Assembly: GCA_043228905.1 (NCBI GenBank)
Contig: JBHGNT010000005.1
Location: 10,168,001 to 10,232,000, forward strand
Reading direction: 5' to 3'
Length of the DNA stretch: 64,000 nucleotides
DNA from: Azolla caroliniana
Lineage: Eukaryota > Plantae > Polypodiophyta
A model generated the notes under the pieces. It saw nothing but the letters and a program-made list of their open reading frames with translations. It had not been told where the DNA came from and did not search any database. A program made the translations under genes and the position numbers. Below, piece after piece: positions 13,114-25,614 of the stretch (positions are counted from its first letter, which is position 1; every line of letters begins with the position of its first letter).

Positions 13114-13283
13114 TTGGATATGATTGTTAGCTTAGGGATTTTGCTAGGGTTTTATGAAGTTTTACTATCCTATTGGACAAGTAAAACCTCAGATTGGTTG
13201 TTGCTTGATCCACATTATGTAATGGAACTCTATGATGTTTTTCCAAGATAATTTGAAGAGTGTTGTTCTATGACTGAAACTCT

Positions 13284-14455
13284 TTGATGTTCAGGATATT
13301 GTTTTGTGAGACTAGTAGTTACTTTGTGAGTGTGAATATGTTGGTGTTTTCTGATGTTGCAGAGTCTAAAGGGTTTGATTCTATTGCTCGTAAGGCCAAT
13401 GGCAGTGTGGATACTGTTGATGTTGCGGCATGTTTAAAGGGCCCCATCTTGAAAGTAGATGTAGCAACTGACACAAGTGATCTGGTCACACAAGTTGATC
13501 AAGCATGTAGCACAGATGACTTGGTGTTGCAGGTAGATGCAGCATGTAGCACGGATGACTTGGTGTTGCAGGTAGATGCAACATGTAGCACGGATGACTT
13601 GGTGTTGCAAGTAGATGCAGCATGTAGCACGGTGACTTGGTGTTGCAGGTAGATGCAGTATGTGATACCAGTGGACTGATATCGAGCAGAACAGTAGCTA
13701 CATGCACTGAGGTAATCCAAGGATTGATAACTAAGTCGACAAAACAAGAGCACCAGAATGTGAAGCTAGGCCCAACACAGTCGACTAGGGGTTTAAAGAG
13801 GAAAAGGACACCAGTTGTGTCAGCCGAACCTGAGCTGATTGAGATTGATCGTATCCTACCAGAAAATGGTGTAACAGCGGCTCAGTTTCAGGAATGGAAA
13901 CCTAAACCACTAGAAGTCGAGCGAAGAGCCTTGATCTTGGAGCTGGATAAAGTCTTGATGAGTGTGAGATATATGCAGCCAAGGAGGGACGCAAATCAGT
14001 TTCTAGAGTGGGCTGTGGAGTACTTCGATTTGTTTATTTGGAGTGAAAAACCCAAATCAGATGTGTGGAAGTGTTTGGCAAGATTCTTCCCAAAATGGCG
14101 AAGTCGTTTTAAAGGTCAATGGGCACGAGAAAATTGTGAGCAGATGGAAGCTGCAAGATTCAAGAGGCTTTCTGATTTTTGGGCTACTTGGCCTGAATAT
14201 AATGCTGACAATACATTGATTTTGGATACAGAACATTTCCGACACTACTTCAATATTCGGAGATGCTGTCTCATTCTACCCGAGGAAATGCCTGAACAGT
14301 ACCTGGTGCAAACAGTGAGCTGCCAACTAGGTGCATGGTTGTGGACTCCATACCGAGCTCAATATGCGGATAATATATGTAGACTCGTTCCACTGACTAG
14401 CAAGAGCTTAGCTGTTTATAGGAGATTTGTAGACATTTCCAATGGTAATTTATAA
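13284..14455 (+). pseudogene. FCP1/SCP (NIF)-family HAD phosphatase-like protein with degenerate catalytic motif; N-terminal 13-aa repeats; 1-bp frameshift near 13632
   Basis: ALILELDKVL (for DxDxT), RRDANQFLEWAVEYFDLFIWS, KRLSDFW, YNADNTLILD match the FCP1-homology motif layout; upstream ORF DDLVLQVDAACST repeats join if the missing A in CACGG(A)TGAC is restored. Confidence 0.6.
13470..13665. repeat. 39-bp coding tandem repeat (~4.5 copies)
   Basis: GATGACTTGGTGTTGCAGGTAGATGCAGCATGTAGCACG repeated. Confidence 0.9.
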
Positions 14456-14649
14456 ATATGTAAAGAGATGACATTATTCAATGAAGAATTTAATTACTTG
14501 TTCCCACTGTACTTATCTACTGTGTAATTTGAGGAATATGTTGCAGATTGTTGATTTCATTCTATTGATGACTATTTAGCTATTGACAGCTAATTAGCTG
14601 CATTTGTACAGCTAATTAGCTGCATTTGTACAGCTAATTAGTTGCATTT

Positions 14650-15418
14650 GTACAGCTAATTAGCTGCATTTGTACAGCTAATTAGCTACTGATGACTATT
14701 TCGCTATAACTTATAACTTAAAACTTAACAAAAAAGACATGATTTTATTGAGAAAGAAGCACAGAAAGCAGACTGTATACAAGAAATTGATTCCAAACGA
14801 ATTTATTGATCTGTTTTCGCGAAATACATGTTTGTTTTACAAGAGAACATGGTAAGTGCTACTTGTAGCTACAAATTCCATGGCATACTATTGTAAATAC
14901 ATTTGTACAGCTAATTAGCTGCATTTGTACAGCTAATTAGCTACTGATGACTATTTCGCTATAACTTATAACTTAAAACTTAACAAAAAAGACATGATTT
15001 TATTGAGAACGAAGCACACAGAAAGCAGACTGTATACAAGAAATTGATTCCAAACGAATTTATTGATCTGTTTTCGCGAAATACATGTTTGTTTTACAAG
15101 AGAACATGGTAAGTGCTACTTGTAGCTACAAATTCCATGGCATACTATTGTAAATACATTTGTACAGCTAATTAGCTGCATTTGTACAGCTAATTAGCTA
15201 CTGATGACTATTTCGCTATAACTTATAACTTAAAACTTAACAAAAAAGACATGATTTTATTGAGAACGAAGCACACAGAAAGCAGACTGTATACAAGAAA
15301 TTGATTCCAAACGAATTTATTGATCTGTTTTCGCGAAATACATGTTTGTTTTACAAGAGAACATGGTAAGTGCTACTTGTAGCTACAAATTCCATGGCAT
15401 ACTATTGTAAATACATTC
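14650..15418. repeat. 257-bp tandem triplication of the transposase 3' end and 3' UTR
   Basis: TGGCATACTATTGTAAATACATT recurs at 14881, 15138 and 15395. Confidence 0.9.
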
Positions 15419-18400
15419 ATACACATTAGCACCAACAGTGTATAAACCAGAGCAACTATTGTATTCTGACATTGGGACGTTGATGCATCTGACCAAATGA
15501 GAGTACATATACGCCGCTGGTTTGTCTTCTAACAGCCTGTACACATATTCGTAGTCATCTAGTTTTGCATAAAAAATGCCTTCGATGTAGAATGTCCCGG
15601 CAGATACAAAATTTCCCCATGCATCTACAATATTCTGCCTTGCACACTGTTTACTAACCGTGCACTTTAATATATAGAAATCAGCACCCTCTGAATTGCC
15701 TTCTTCAGCATTTACAGCGAAGTTATCCCCAACGTTCAGGACATCACTCAAAGTATCTCCAAGTCCCTCATATGTGAAGTCAGCATTCTGCCCTGTTTCT
15801 CCATCAACTGCTTCCTTATCATTCAGAGTGTGATACTCCCAATTCTGAATGTATGCTTTGTTTAGACAATATCTCCAATTTCCCTGCACACAATGGAAGC
15901 AAAAACAAGTCAATTCTCTAACCGCAATACAATGACCATCCAACCTGGAATAACCGCGAACAGCATGCAGAGATCGCAATTCGGGAATTCCTTGGCACTC
16001 CCAGGTCTTCTCCCTATTTACTTCATCTATCTTCACTTCCCAAAATTCACGTTTGATATCTCGAACTTGCGAGGAATAAACACCTGTGGCACTCGTCGAC
16101 ATATTTGTTCTTAAAAATTCAACTACATGTGATGCACAATTCATGTGCACACCATCTGTCTTTAGTTGTTCATGGGTAAGTGCCCGCTTTATAACAGCCC
16201 CTGCACCATCATGTTCACCTTTACCATGGCCAGACCCAAAAAAATTCCATCTCATCTCCAAACCTGTTATAGCAGGATACCTCCCCACAAAATAAAATGG
16301 ACGTCGAGCCTTGAATTGTGACGCAGCTCCGTCAGACCAGACCCAATGTTGAGTAAGCTCCAAACGTTGAGCTAATAACCACTGCCAATGTAACTTAAAA
16401 CAGTGTTGGACGAACAAGGTATCATGCTTCTTATCATCGGAAATAAAGAAATGAATTACTTTTTTAACATCACCTGAAACTCGAAAATATGTTATGTGCA
16501 CAAAAATGGTTACCTGAACTGAACACCAATGCATAGATTGAATTTCATTCTGCTGCTTGAAAGTATAATTCTCTGCGAAATCTACTACTGAGACTACTAC
16601 ATCATTTGGGAAATCAGATATGCAAGTCTTAAACTGATGGGCCTGCCATGAATAAATGAAGTTGTGTTTAATGAACTTTCCTAGAGATACTACAAACAGA
16701 GACACCAAATCCCTTGGTTTAAGCATCTTCCAAACTAGATCCTTTCTTTTACACACCTTTCCTTCGAAATTGGTGTTCACTGACTCAAATAACTTCACAG
16801 AGATCAATATTTCACTACTCAATTCATTTGGACACCACCTAAATCTAGTAGGGCCACAATCTTGACATAAACCCATGACACATTTATGAATATGGAAGAT
16901 AGCGTCAGATTCTCTCGGACACAATATTGAATCTAATAAATAACTCATGGAAGAGATAACGTGCTCAGATGATTTACACTCCTCTTGCGGGCTTGATCGA
17001 CAGATTGGGCACCCACATGTGCAAACTGTATTAGTTAGGGATGCGCTATGGTGACGTAGTAGATTAACAGAGTCCTTCAGAAAACCCATCTGTACATGGT
17101 AAATGCAACAACATGTGTATCGATCCTTTAAGCGTCTCACAAAGTGTGGCTTAAGAGACTCGAATGTTCGTAGTTGAACTTTGATAGTTGGATGCATTCG
17201 TTTGAACCTAATAAATAAATCGACCTGCGTAATAAAGGGGAATTAGTTATTCTCGTAACTAGCTAACTATCCTAGTAGCTAATTAGCTATTCTAGTAGCT
17301 AGTTAGCTATTCTAGTAGCTAGTTAGCTATTCTAGTAGCTAATTAGCTATCATGGTAGCTAATTAGTTGTCCTAGTAGCTAATTAGCTATCATGGTAGTT
17401 AATTAGCTGTCGTAGTAGCTAATTAGCTATCATGGTAGCTAATTAGCTATTCTAGTAGCTAATTAGCTATCGTGGTAGCTAATTAGCTGTCGTAGTAGCT
17501 AATTAGCTATCATGGTAGCTAATTAGCTGTCCTAGTAGCTAATTGGTTGTCCTAGTAGCTAATTAGCTATCATGGTAGCTAATTAGCTGTCGTAGTAGCT
17601 AATTAGCTGTCATGGTAGCTAATTAGCTATCATGGTAGCTAATTAGCTGTCCTAGTAGCTAATTGGTTGTCCTAGTAGCTAATTAGCTATCATGGTAGCT
17701 AATTAGCTGTCGTAGTAGCTAATTAGCTATCATGGTAGCTAATTAGCTATTCTAGTAGCTAATTAGCTATCATGGTAGCTAATTAGCTGTCCTAGTAGCT
17801 AATTAGCTATCATGGTGGCTAATTAGCTTGTCTAGTAGCTAATTAGCTATCATGGTGGCTAATTAGCTTTCCTAGTAACTAATTAGCTATCATGGTAGCT
17901 AATTAGCTGGTCTAGTAGCTAATTAGCTATCGTGGTAGCTAATTAGCTATAATGGTGGCTGATTAGCTTTCCTAGTAACTAATTAGCTATCATGGTAGCT
18001 AATTAGCTGGTATAGTAGCTAATTAGCTATCATGGTAGCTAATTAGCTATCACGGTGGCTAATTAGCTGTCCTAGTAACTAATTAGCTATCATGGTAGCT
18101 AATTAGCTGGTCTAGTAGCTAATTAGCTATAATGGTGGCTAATTAGCTATCCTAACTAATTAGCTATCATGGTAGTAGCTATTGAGAGTAGCCAGTTACC
18201 TATGTAGTAGCTATCATAGTAGCTAATTAGCTATCATGGTAGCTAATTAGCTTTCCTAGTAGCTAATTAGCTGGTAATAACGAAATAGCTAACTAGCTAC
18301 CATGATAGCTAACTAGCTAGCAGTACAGCTAATTATCTGGTTGTACCTAAATTAGCTATTGAGAATAGCTAATTAGCTATCATGGTAGTAACTATTGAGA

Positions 18401-19291
18401 GTAGCTAGTTACCTATGTAGTAGCGATCCTAGTAGCTAACTGAGTTAAATGTAACTGATAAGCTAATTAGCTTTTCTGCTAACTGAGCTAATTAACTTTC
18501 CGAGTAGAGTCAAAACAAATGTTGAGATAAATGTAAATACCTGAGGTACATCAAGAAGATGAATGGGATGCTCCTCGTATTGATTTCTTCCAACACGTTT
18601 CCTGCATAAATCCTTTTTATTGGGTGAAACCCTACTCTCATTAGTCCAAAACATTGTGATTACATCCTTGATTTCAAATGTTATGGGTGTCATTGGCTTA
18701 CATCTTGTAGTTAGCTTTAGTAGACTAGTTCCTTCACCCGAGGAAATTATACGGTTCATTGTATTGTACACTGTTTTTCTACTAACACCAATTACCTTAG
18801 ATAGCTCACTGATGTTTATATCGTCAACATCACTATTAAGTAACATCATTAGACTAGACCTTTTTAAGACAAGATCATCTTCTGACCTACTCATGGATAC
18901 GAAACTATTACGAAGATTATTTACTAAAATAGATTATATGTTTGCATTAAGACCATCACAATCAACTAAGTCCTTTATCGATGGATCATTACATATTCCA
19001 TAAAGTACTACCTTCTTTTCTTCATTGCTGATGTGCTTGGTTTGAACATTGAAATAGTCTACAACCTTTCTCTCTATGATGGTAGTCGCATTACTTACAT
19101 TCTCAGCTAAACTATCCTTACCTTTACTGAGTGTGGCTTTCGTATCCTTCAACAATTGACGATGTTTCCTTTTTTTTTTTTGCCCAATAGTTTCGTATGG
19201 CTTGTTGTGTCCTGATAACATCATCCCTATCCTTATGATCATTGAGGGGTAATTCTAAACACCCTTCTTCCCCTTCCATTTGGCTAGACAT
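15383..19291 (-). pseudogene. Sola2-like DDD transposase, 2 coding exons (19291-18541, 17224-15383); in-frame TAA at 18936-18934 and a frameshift in the A12 run at 19170-19181
   Basis: Spliced join HLLDVPQ|VDLFIRFKRMHPTIKV...LKPHFV...CCCIYH; VVDFAENY, EIQSMHW, WSDGAASQFK, WNFFGSGHGKGEHDGAG. Confidence 0.85.
17255..18500. repeat. Palindromic TAGCTAATTAGCTA satellite, array 2 (transposase intron 17225-18540)
   Basis: ~20-bp units GTAGCTAATTAGCTATCATG / TCCTA. Confidence 0.95.
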
Positions 19292-19589
19292 GTTAAAACC
19301 CTAAATTTCCAGAAAAAAAAACAAGTATTAAAGATGGCTATGGGCAACAACAATACACAAAAATATTCCACACAATACACAAGATTAGACACAACAATAC
19401 ACAAGATAATCAATAGACAGAAAAGTTATTGCAATCCAAGACCGAACAGTAGAGGATTTCACTCTGTTGGATCCAACAGTTGAGGAGGCGATCCAAGACC
19501 GACCAATGGCAACAACTGAGTGTAGAATGTTGCCGTTGGATGAGTGAACTCCGTCAAATCGAAATGTGGAAGCAATCCGGGACTGGACA

Positions 19590-20360
19590 GTAGTGGCAAC
19601 TGAGTATAGAATGATGGCAATGGAGGAGAGAACCCCGTCAGATTGAACAGTTACCGATGATGCTTGAAACGCACATAGAAGGCACTTGAGAATAGAGTGG
19701 CATAGAGAAGAGAACCCCGTCAGATTGAACAGTTACCAATGATGCTTGAAACGCACAGTAGCGGCCCTGAGTGAGAGTGGAAAAGAGAAGAGAACCCCGT
19801 CAGATTGAACAGTTACCAATGATGCTTGAAACGCACAGTAGCGGCCCCTGAGTGAGAGTGGAAAAGAGAAGAGAACCCCGTCAGATTGAATAGCTCTTTG
19901 ATTATGCTTGGAACGCACAGTAGCAACCCCTGAGTGTAGAGTGGCAAAGAGAAGAGAACCCCGTCAGATTGAACAGCTCTTTGATGATGCTTGGAACGCA
20001 CAGCAGCGGCCCCTGAGTGTAGAGTGGCACAGAGAAGAGAACCCCCTCAGATTGAACAGCTCTTTGATGATGCTTGGAACGCACAGTAATGGCCCCTGAG
20101 TGTAGAGTGGCACAGAGAAGAGAACCCCCTCAGATTGAACAGCTCTTTGATGATGCTTGGAACGCACAGTAATGGCCCCTGAGTGTAGAGTGGCACAGAG
20201 AAGAGAACCCCGTCAGATTGAACAGCTCTTTGATGATGCTTGGAATGCACAGTAGTGGCCCCTGAGTGTAGAGTGTCACAGAGAAGAGAACCCCGTCAGA
20301 TTGAGCAGCTCTTTGATGATGCTTGGAACGCACAGTAGCGGCCCCTCAGTGTAGAGTGGC
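19590..20360. repeat. ~83-bp tandem repeat (~9 copies) upstream of the transposase
   Basis: AGAACCCCGTCAGATTGAACAGCTCTTTGATGATGCTTGGAACGCACAGTAGCGGCCCCTGAGTGTAGAGTGGCACAGAGAAG. Confidence 0.95.
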
Positions 20361-20717
20361 GGCAGGTGGACTCGATAGGGTTTAGCAACAGTGGTAGCAA
20401 CTAACCCACAGTACTCAACTAGAGATGGCCTACGTGATGTGGCAAAGGATCATGCATAATGGACCTAGGAATTCGATATGTAATTTATGGTACACATTTA
20501 TGGTGCACACATCAATTTATGTTGCACATTTATTGCACTCATTTACATATGTAATTAAAACACTCTAGTATTTTCAATGGTAGTTTTTTGCATACTTAAT
20601 TTATTAATGATGGCTTTTTACTAAAATGACTATTTATCAATGGTAGCTTTTTGCATAGCTAATTAGCTATGTCAAGGACATAGCTAATTGTTTCCACTCG
20701 CATGCTTTCACCCAATC

Positions 20718-23700
20718 GCGGAGATCTTGTTCGGATCGACCGTTATTCCCTCCTTGCTGACTATGTGGCCCAGGAGAGTCCCGTTGGTCACGCCGAAAGC
20801 ACATTTCGCGGGATTCAGGCTTAAGCGTGCGGTGCGGCAACGTTCCAAGCACAGTTGCAGGTGCATAAAATGGTCTATTGTTCTCCCATATACCGCAAAG
20901 TCGTCTAAAAAAACTTGCATGAACGCCGGAATGTATTCCCCAAAGATCTCTGTAATTGTCCGTTGAAATGTTGCCGGAGCCGTCTTTAGCCCGAACATCA
21001 TGACGACTGCCACATAGACTCCCCAGTCCGTGACAAATGCCGTCTTTTCCTGGTCCTCGGGATGCATGCGTACCTGGTTATACCCACTGAAGCCATCTAA
21101 AAAACTGTTCATCTCATGTCCTGCGACGACGTCCAGTATGCTATCGGTGAAGGGTAAAGGGAATGCGTTCGTAATGGTTACGACGTTTAATTTTCGGTAA
21201 TCTACGCGTACCCGTATTTTGCCATTTTTCTTTGGAACGACCACTATTCGGCTTAACCATGTGGCTTGTTTAACTGGTCGTATGAACCCAGCCTTCAGGA
21301 GTTTGTCAATTTCCTCTTTTACGCGGGCTGCGTAGTTCGGGTTCATGCGGTAGCGGCGCTGCTGGATGGGTTTTGCGTCGGTTGCTAAATTGATCTTATG
21401 CTGATATAACTTGGGATCTAACCCCTTCATGTCCTCGTGAGCCCAAGCGAACACATCTTTATATTTCTTGAGTAGTGCGATCATCGTGTTTCTCTGGTCC
21501 GGCCTTAATTCCTTTGCGATAGAGAGAAAACGGGGTTCCGACTCCGTACCCACATTTACTTCTTCCAGGGCGGAAGCGGTGACTCGTCGTGAAATTTCCA
21601 TTTCCCTTTCGAATGCCGCTCGTGCTCTACTAAGTTCCAATATGGACTCTGGGTTTGGTTCGTAAGCCTCGTTGTGGAGAATAGTGGTCGTGGCATATTC
21701 TACCGCGGTTGCGATGACGTCGATTTCGAACATCCGAATGATCCGTGGGTGCTCATCTAGGTATGCCTCTAATTCTTCATCCTCCACCCCAGCCAACATA
21801 TTTATATCTTCTGCATATAATGGTGTTATACCCTTGGGTCGTGGCGTACTTCCTTCCGTAGGTACACGAACCTTGGTGCGTCCGTGTCGGAAATTGATAC
21901 ATTTGTGTTGCCAGCTCTGCTTGATATTTACTGCCCGAAGCCATAGTCTGCCCAGAAGCACTAGGTACGCCCCTGGGGCGTCCAAGGCGAGGACAACCGC
22001 CGAGATGTCAAAGCGATGTTCGCCCACGATAATGCCTATCTTGCGAATTAACTCCAATGGTCGTACTGAGCGGGCATCTGCCATTCGGAGCTAGAATGGG
22101 CAAGCCTCCCATTCTGAAATGCCTAACTGCTCGCAAGTTTTCGCGCTAATTACATTGACACCTGAGCCGCCATCGAATACGCATCCAGGAATTTCCTGTC
22201 CGTGTAATATTAATGTAATAGCCGAGTTGTGTTGATCCACTACCGACGGTCCGTCGCTAACGTCTGTAAGGTTTGTAGTGACGCTCACCTCGGGTATGCC
22301 CATCATCCATTCTTACATGGTCTGGCGGAAGTGTGGGACTAGCTGCAACAGCTTCTCCATGGTTAACGTTATTTCACAGCCCGCTAATGCCTGCCAAATG
22401 GGGTCCAGGACTGGTCCTTCGTCCTCTGCTCGCTCCCTCGCATTCGCGGACTCCTTCCGCAGGCACTCTGTATTGGTCGCGTTTGCTTTTTCCACCCATG
22501 CCTGGGCTTGTCGTCATATCTCATCTTGCGCAACCCAATCCGCCGTTTTTGTTTGCGGGCATGTCGTGACTTGCTGCACTTCCGCCGTAATCGTATTGAC
22601 GGCAGGCCCCTTGCCCTTGCATGCTGGGCATTGCGTGGCATAATGTTCGGGCTGCTGACAAATAAAACAATGGATGCTTGATTCACCCTTCTCGGCTCCT
22701 AGTGGTGTGTGCCGATCCCCTGGTGCGACTTGCTCCTCGCGGTCCGGCCTCGTTAGTCGGAATGCACGCGGTGGTTGTTGTTGGTCCCGTCATTGTTCTT
22801 GGTGTCGCTCATCTCCCGAGCTTTCGTCGTAACGTCGATGATCTTGATATTGTCGTGGCTTACCATGATAACCATTGAAGCCGCCACATTTGTTTGTTGG
22901 CCGGTGATTGTAGTAGCGTCGGCCCCCTTTAGCATAACTCGGATGTCCACGATAATCCTTGTCCTCTGGTTCGTCTTCCTCGGAATCGTTGTGATTTCGG
23001 CGATTTCGGTGATGCTGGTCGTCCCGTGGGTTGCGATCCATATACCGTGGTCGGTCTTCTTGCCTCCTTTGTTCAGTACGGCTTGGGGGACGCTGGGTGT
23101 CCATGCTGCAGACTGTGGGAGCGGCTTTGTTCAACATATTGTATTCGCATTGTTCGACTGTGTGAGCCTTCAAGTGGCAGATTGGGCAGTGGGTTCGCAT
23201 ATTGTACTCCACTGCGGAATGTCCTGAGTTCAAGCAAATCGTGCACTGGATTGCTGGACGAAATTGGCGTTCCTCGTCAAGGGGCAACGCTTGTCGTGAG
23301 GACATAGAAAACCTTTCCTCCTCCTCGTCCAACTCAAGTTGTAACGCTCGTTCAATGACCATATCCGTCGTTTCCCCTTTCACGTTATTATTGTTGAGCG
23401 TTGCCCGGATGGCTCGGCGTAATGCTGCCAGAAATGTCTCTCGAGCCTCGTCCTCCGCGGGGCTCCATTCTAGTTTCCGCCGTAAATTTTGGAAACATAA
23501 GCTGAAGTCTGCGATCGTCTCGGTTGGCAGTTGCTTAATCGTATAGAACTGTCCGAGGATTTCGCGTTGTGGAACCCTCCGAGTGAAGAACCACAAGAAA
23601 GCGGACTGCAGCTGATCGAAGGTTGTGATTGCTGGTAAATCCATCTGTGAAGGCCAAAACGCCGCTTGCCCATCCAATGTTAAACCCGAACTCCGTCATT

Positions 23701-23828
23701 TTCGACTGGTGCGCTACCGCCTCCGAAAGGCTCTGCGCCATGTGGTTCGCATTCCAGACATTAAGGAACATGCGAATATGGGTTGCGGCGTCGGTTTCGT
23801 CGTTAAAGCGGGGATAGGCAAAGGCCAT
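20718..23828 (-). pseudogene. Gypsy B gag, protease and reverse transcriptase N-terminal part
   Basis: Gag with CCHC knuckles (CTICLNSGH, CPICHLKAH), protease VFDGGSGVNVI, RT FLDGFSGYNQ...MFGLKTAPATFQ...FLDDF. Confidence 0.95.
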
Positions 23829-24560
23829 GTTGGGGGCTACGGCAGGTCAGGAAAGAGCACAGGGTGGCTCTGGTGAGCGTACTCCCCGCGTATCGTCGAG
23901 GTATTTGGAGAGCGAAGAATCACCTTTGTAATCACGGCAGGTAGTACTGAGGTCGCTGAGGCGAAGCTTTTGCCGTGCACGTTCTTCTGCCTAGCGTGTG
24001 ACGGACCTTGTGATTGGCCGGTCTTGTCGTGTTGGTTCTCTGGGGCGTCTGCGGCTAAACATCCATTTGTAGTTGCTTGTCTGTGAGAAGACACAGACCA
24101 CCAAGCGTGCCAAAAGTGTTACCGATTAGGAACACGGTTTGCGGTTAGTCCTTCGACCTAGACCTCCAAGTGGTTGTGGAACAACGAATGGGGCATCTAT
24201 GCGTAATGCGTAGGGGAATGTTCCTCGTAACCTATCAACGTATAAGGGAGACGGCTACAACTGACTCCTTAGCAATGGTTACACTTAGGTTTTTTACATT
24301 CTCTGGTATTCCAGACACACAGTCGATTAGCCGTAGCTATACACAGACTTTCAGAGAAGATAGAATTCTATTACGATACGCTTCTTCACAATTCAAAATT
24401 ACACGCTCCCTCTATCATAGGTTTTCTACCCTTTATATACGTAGGGACTATTTAGCCGTTCACGCTTCCTGCGTGAACCGTTACATGCGTTATGATCTTA
24501 TATTATTTCTTATTCCTATGCTCTTGTCCGTCGGTTACTATTCTAGCGGACAACAATGTT

Positions 24561-25609
24561 CATCCTCGATTCGAACAAGGTAAAATCGGCCATGTATGTC
24601 AAAGTTCTCAAAACCGAGACGAGCATCGAGTTGTGGCACAAAAGAATTGACCATGTCAACATCCAACGACTCCGAGCTAGGCAAACAAAGGGAGTCATCA
24701 TCGAACATCCGATGTTCGAGTCGAAACAAGTTGACCGAGTGTGTGAAGCATGTCGACTTAGCAAACAACATCGACTCTCATTCCCGAAGGAGAGCTACAC
24801 AAACAAAGGCCTCCTCGATGTAATACACTTGGAGGTGCATGAGCTAACTCCCTATGAGCTCCTTGTCGGAAGGAAGCCGATCATGTCGCACCTCAAGGTG
24901 TTCAGAAGCATTGCGGATGTATGCATCCCGAACAAAAAACCAACAGAAGCTCGACGTGAAGTCGGAGAAATGTATCCTCATAGGATACTCATATGAGAAG
25001 AAGGCATACAAATGCTATAACCCTTCGACCCGAGTGGTTCGGGTAAGTTGAGACATAGTCTTCGACGAATCGGCATCATGGTATAAGCCCGATTCGACTC
25101 CACCCGACCCGACCGAGGTTGAGTTGAACGTCAACTCGGAGGCGATATTCGGACAAGTCCTCTACCAAAGGACAATCCAAACCCACCTGTGCCTTCAAGC
25201 ATTCCAAGCACGTCGCGACCAAACACGACCTTGGACAAAGGAAAAGGTAAGATGCTTGAATACGAAGTCGACCATCCCAACGACAATGATTCGGATGTGT
25301 CGGCTCCCTCACTAGATAGTGAATTTGTTGTACCCATCATGTGGACACCCGGAGTAAAGAAGGCGCTCACATCGACGAACGAAAAACTTCGGCGTTCTTC
25401 TAGAGTGAAGAATCTCGTCACTCATCTCAGTAACAACGAGTACATGGCCCATCATTATGCCTTCGCGATGAAGGTAGTGGTCGAACAAGCTCCCAAGAGC
25501 TCTACAGAAGTGGCTCGTGACCCACGATGGATGAAAACAGTCGATCCAAGCCTTCATCACAGGCTTGAGGGGGAGGAACCGAAACTGCCACGATGCAGAA
25601 GCCGACGCC
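24561..25609 (+). pseudogene. Copia A GAG-pre-integrase and integrase remnant; integrase core and RT deleted
   Basis: ELWHKRIDHVN...VCEACRLSKQHR, then a jump to HELTPYE; KLDVKSEKCILIGYS; RDPRW followed by no RT. Confidence 0.85.
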
Positions 25610-25614
25610 GAAAG

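Larger units (their letters stand above)
8362..20713. mobile_element. Sola2-like cut-and-paste DNA transposon (12,352 bp) with cargo genes
   Basis: 25-bp TIRs GGGTAAAAGCATGCGAGTGGAAACA (8362-8386) and TGTTTCCACTCGCATGCTTTCACCC (20689-20713); 4-bp TSD AATC; removal restores the RT frame DPNKISAI-TQAKTP; GRG terminus, 4-bp TSD and DFAENY/SDG/GHGKGEHDG transposase motifs fit Sola2 as I recall the family. Confidence 0.85.
2769..24555 (-). mobile_element. Ty3/Gypsy non-chromovirus LTR retrotransposon B with an extra 3' ORF
   Basis: 439-bp LTRs 2769-3207 and 24117-24555, TSD ATGTT at 2764-2768 and 24556-24560, PBS TGGCACGCTTGGTGG (minus, from 24112), gag-PR-RT-RH-INT order on the minus strand. Confidence 0.95.

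Noticed and set aside
19590-20360. CRISPR-like appearance of regular repeats (also 26140-26965 and 44455-45340)
   Set aside because: Whole units repeat with no unique spacers, there are no cas genes, and the context is eukaryotic.
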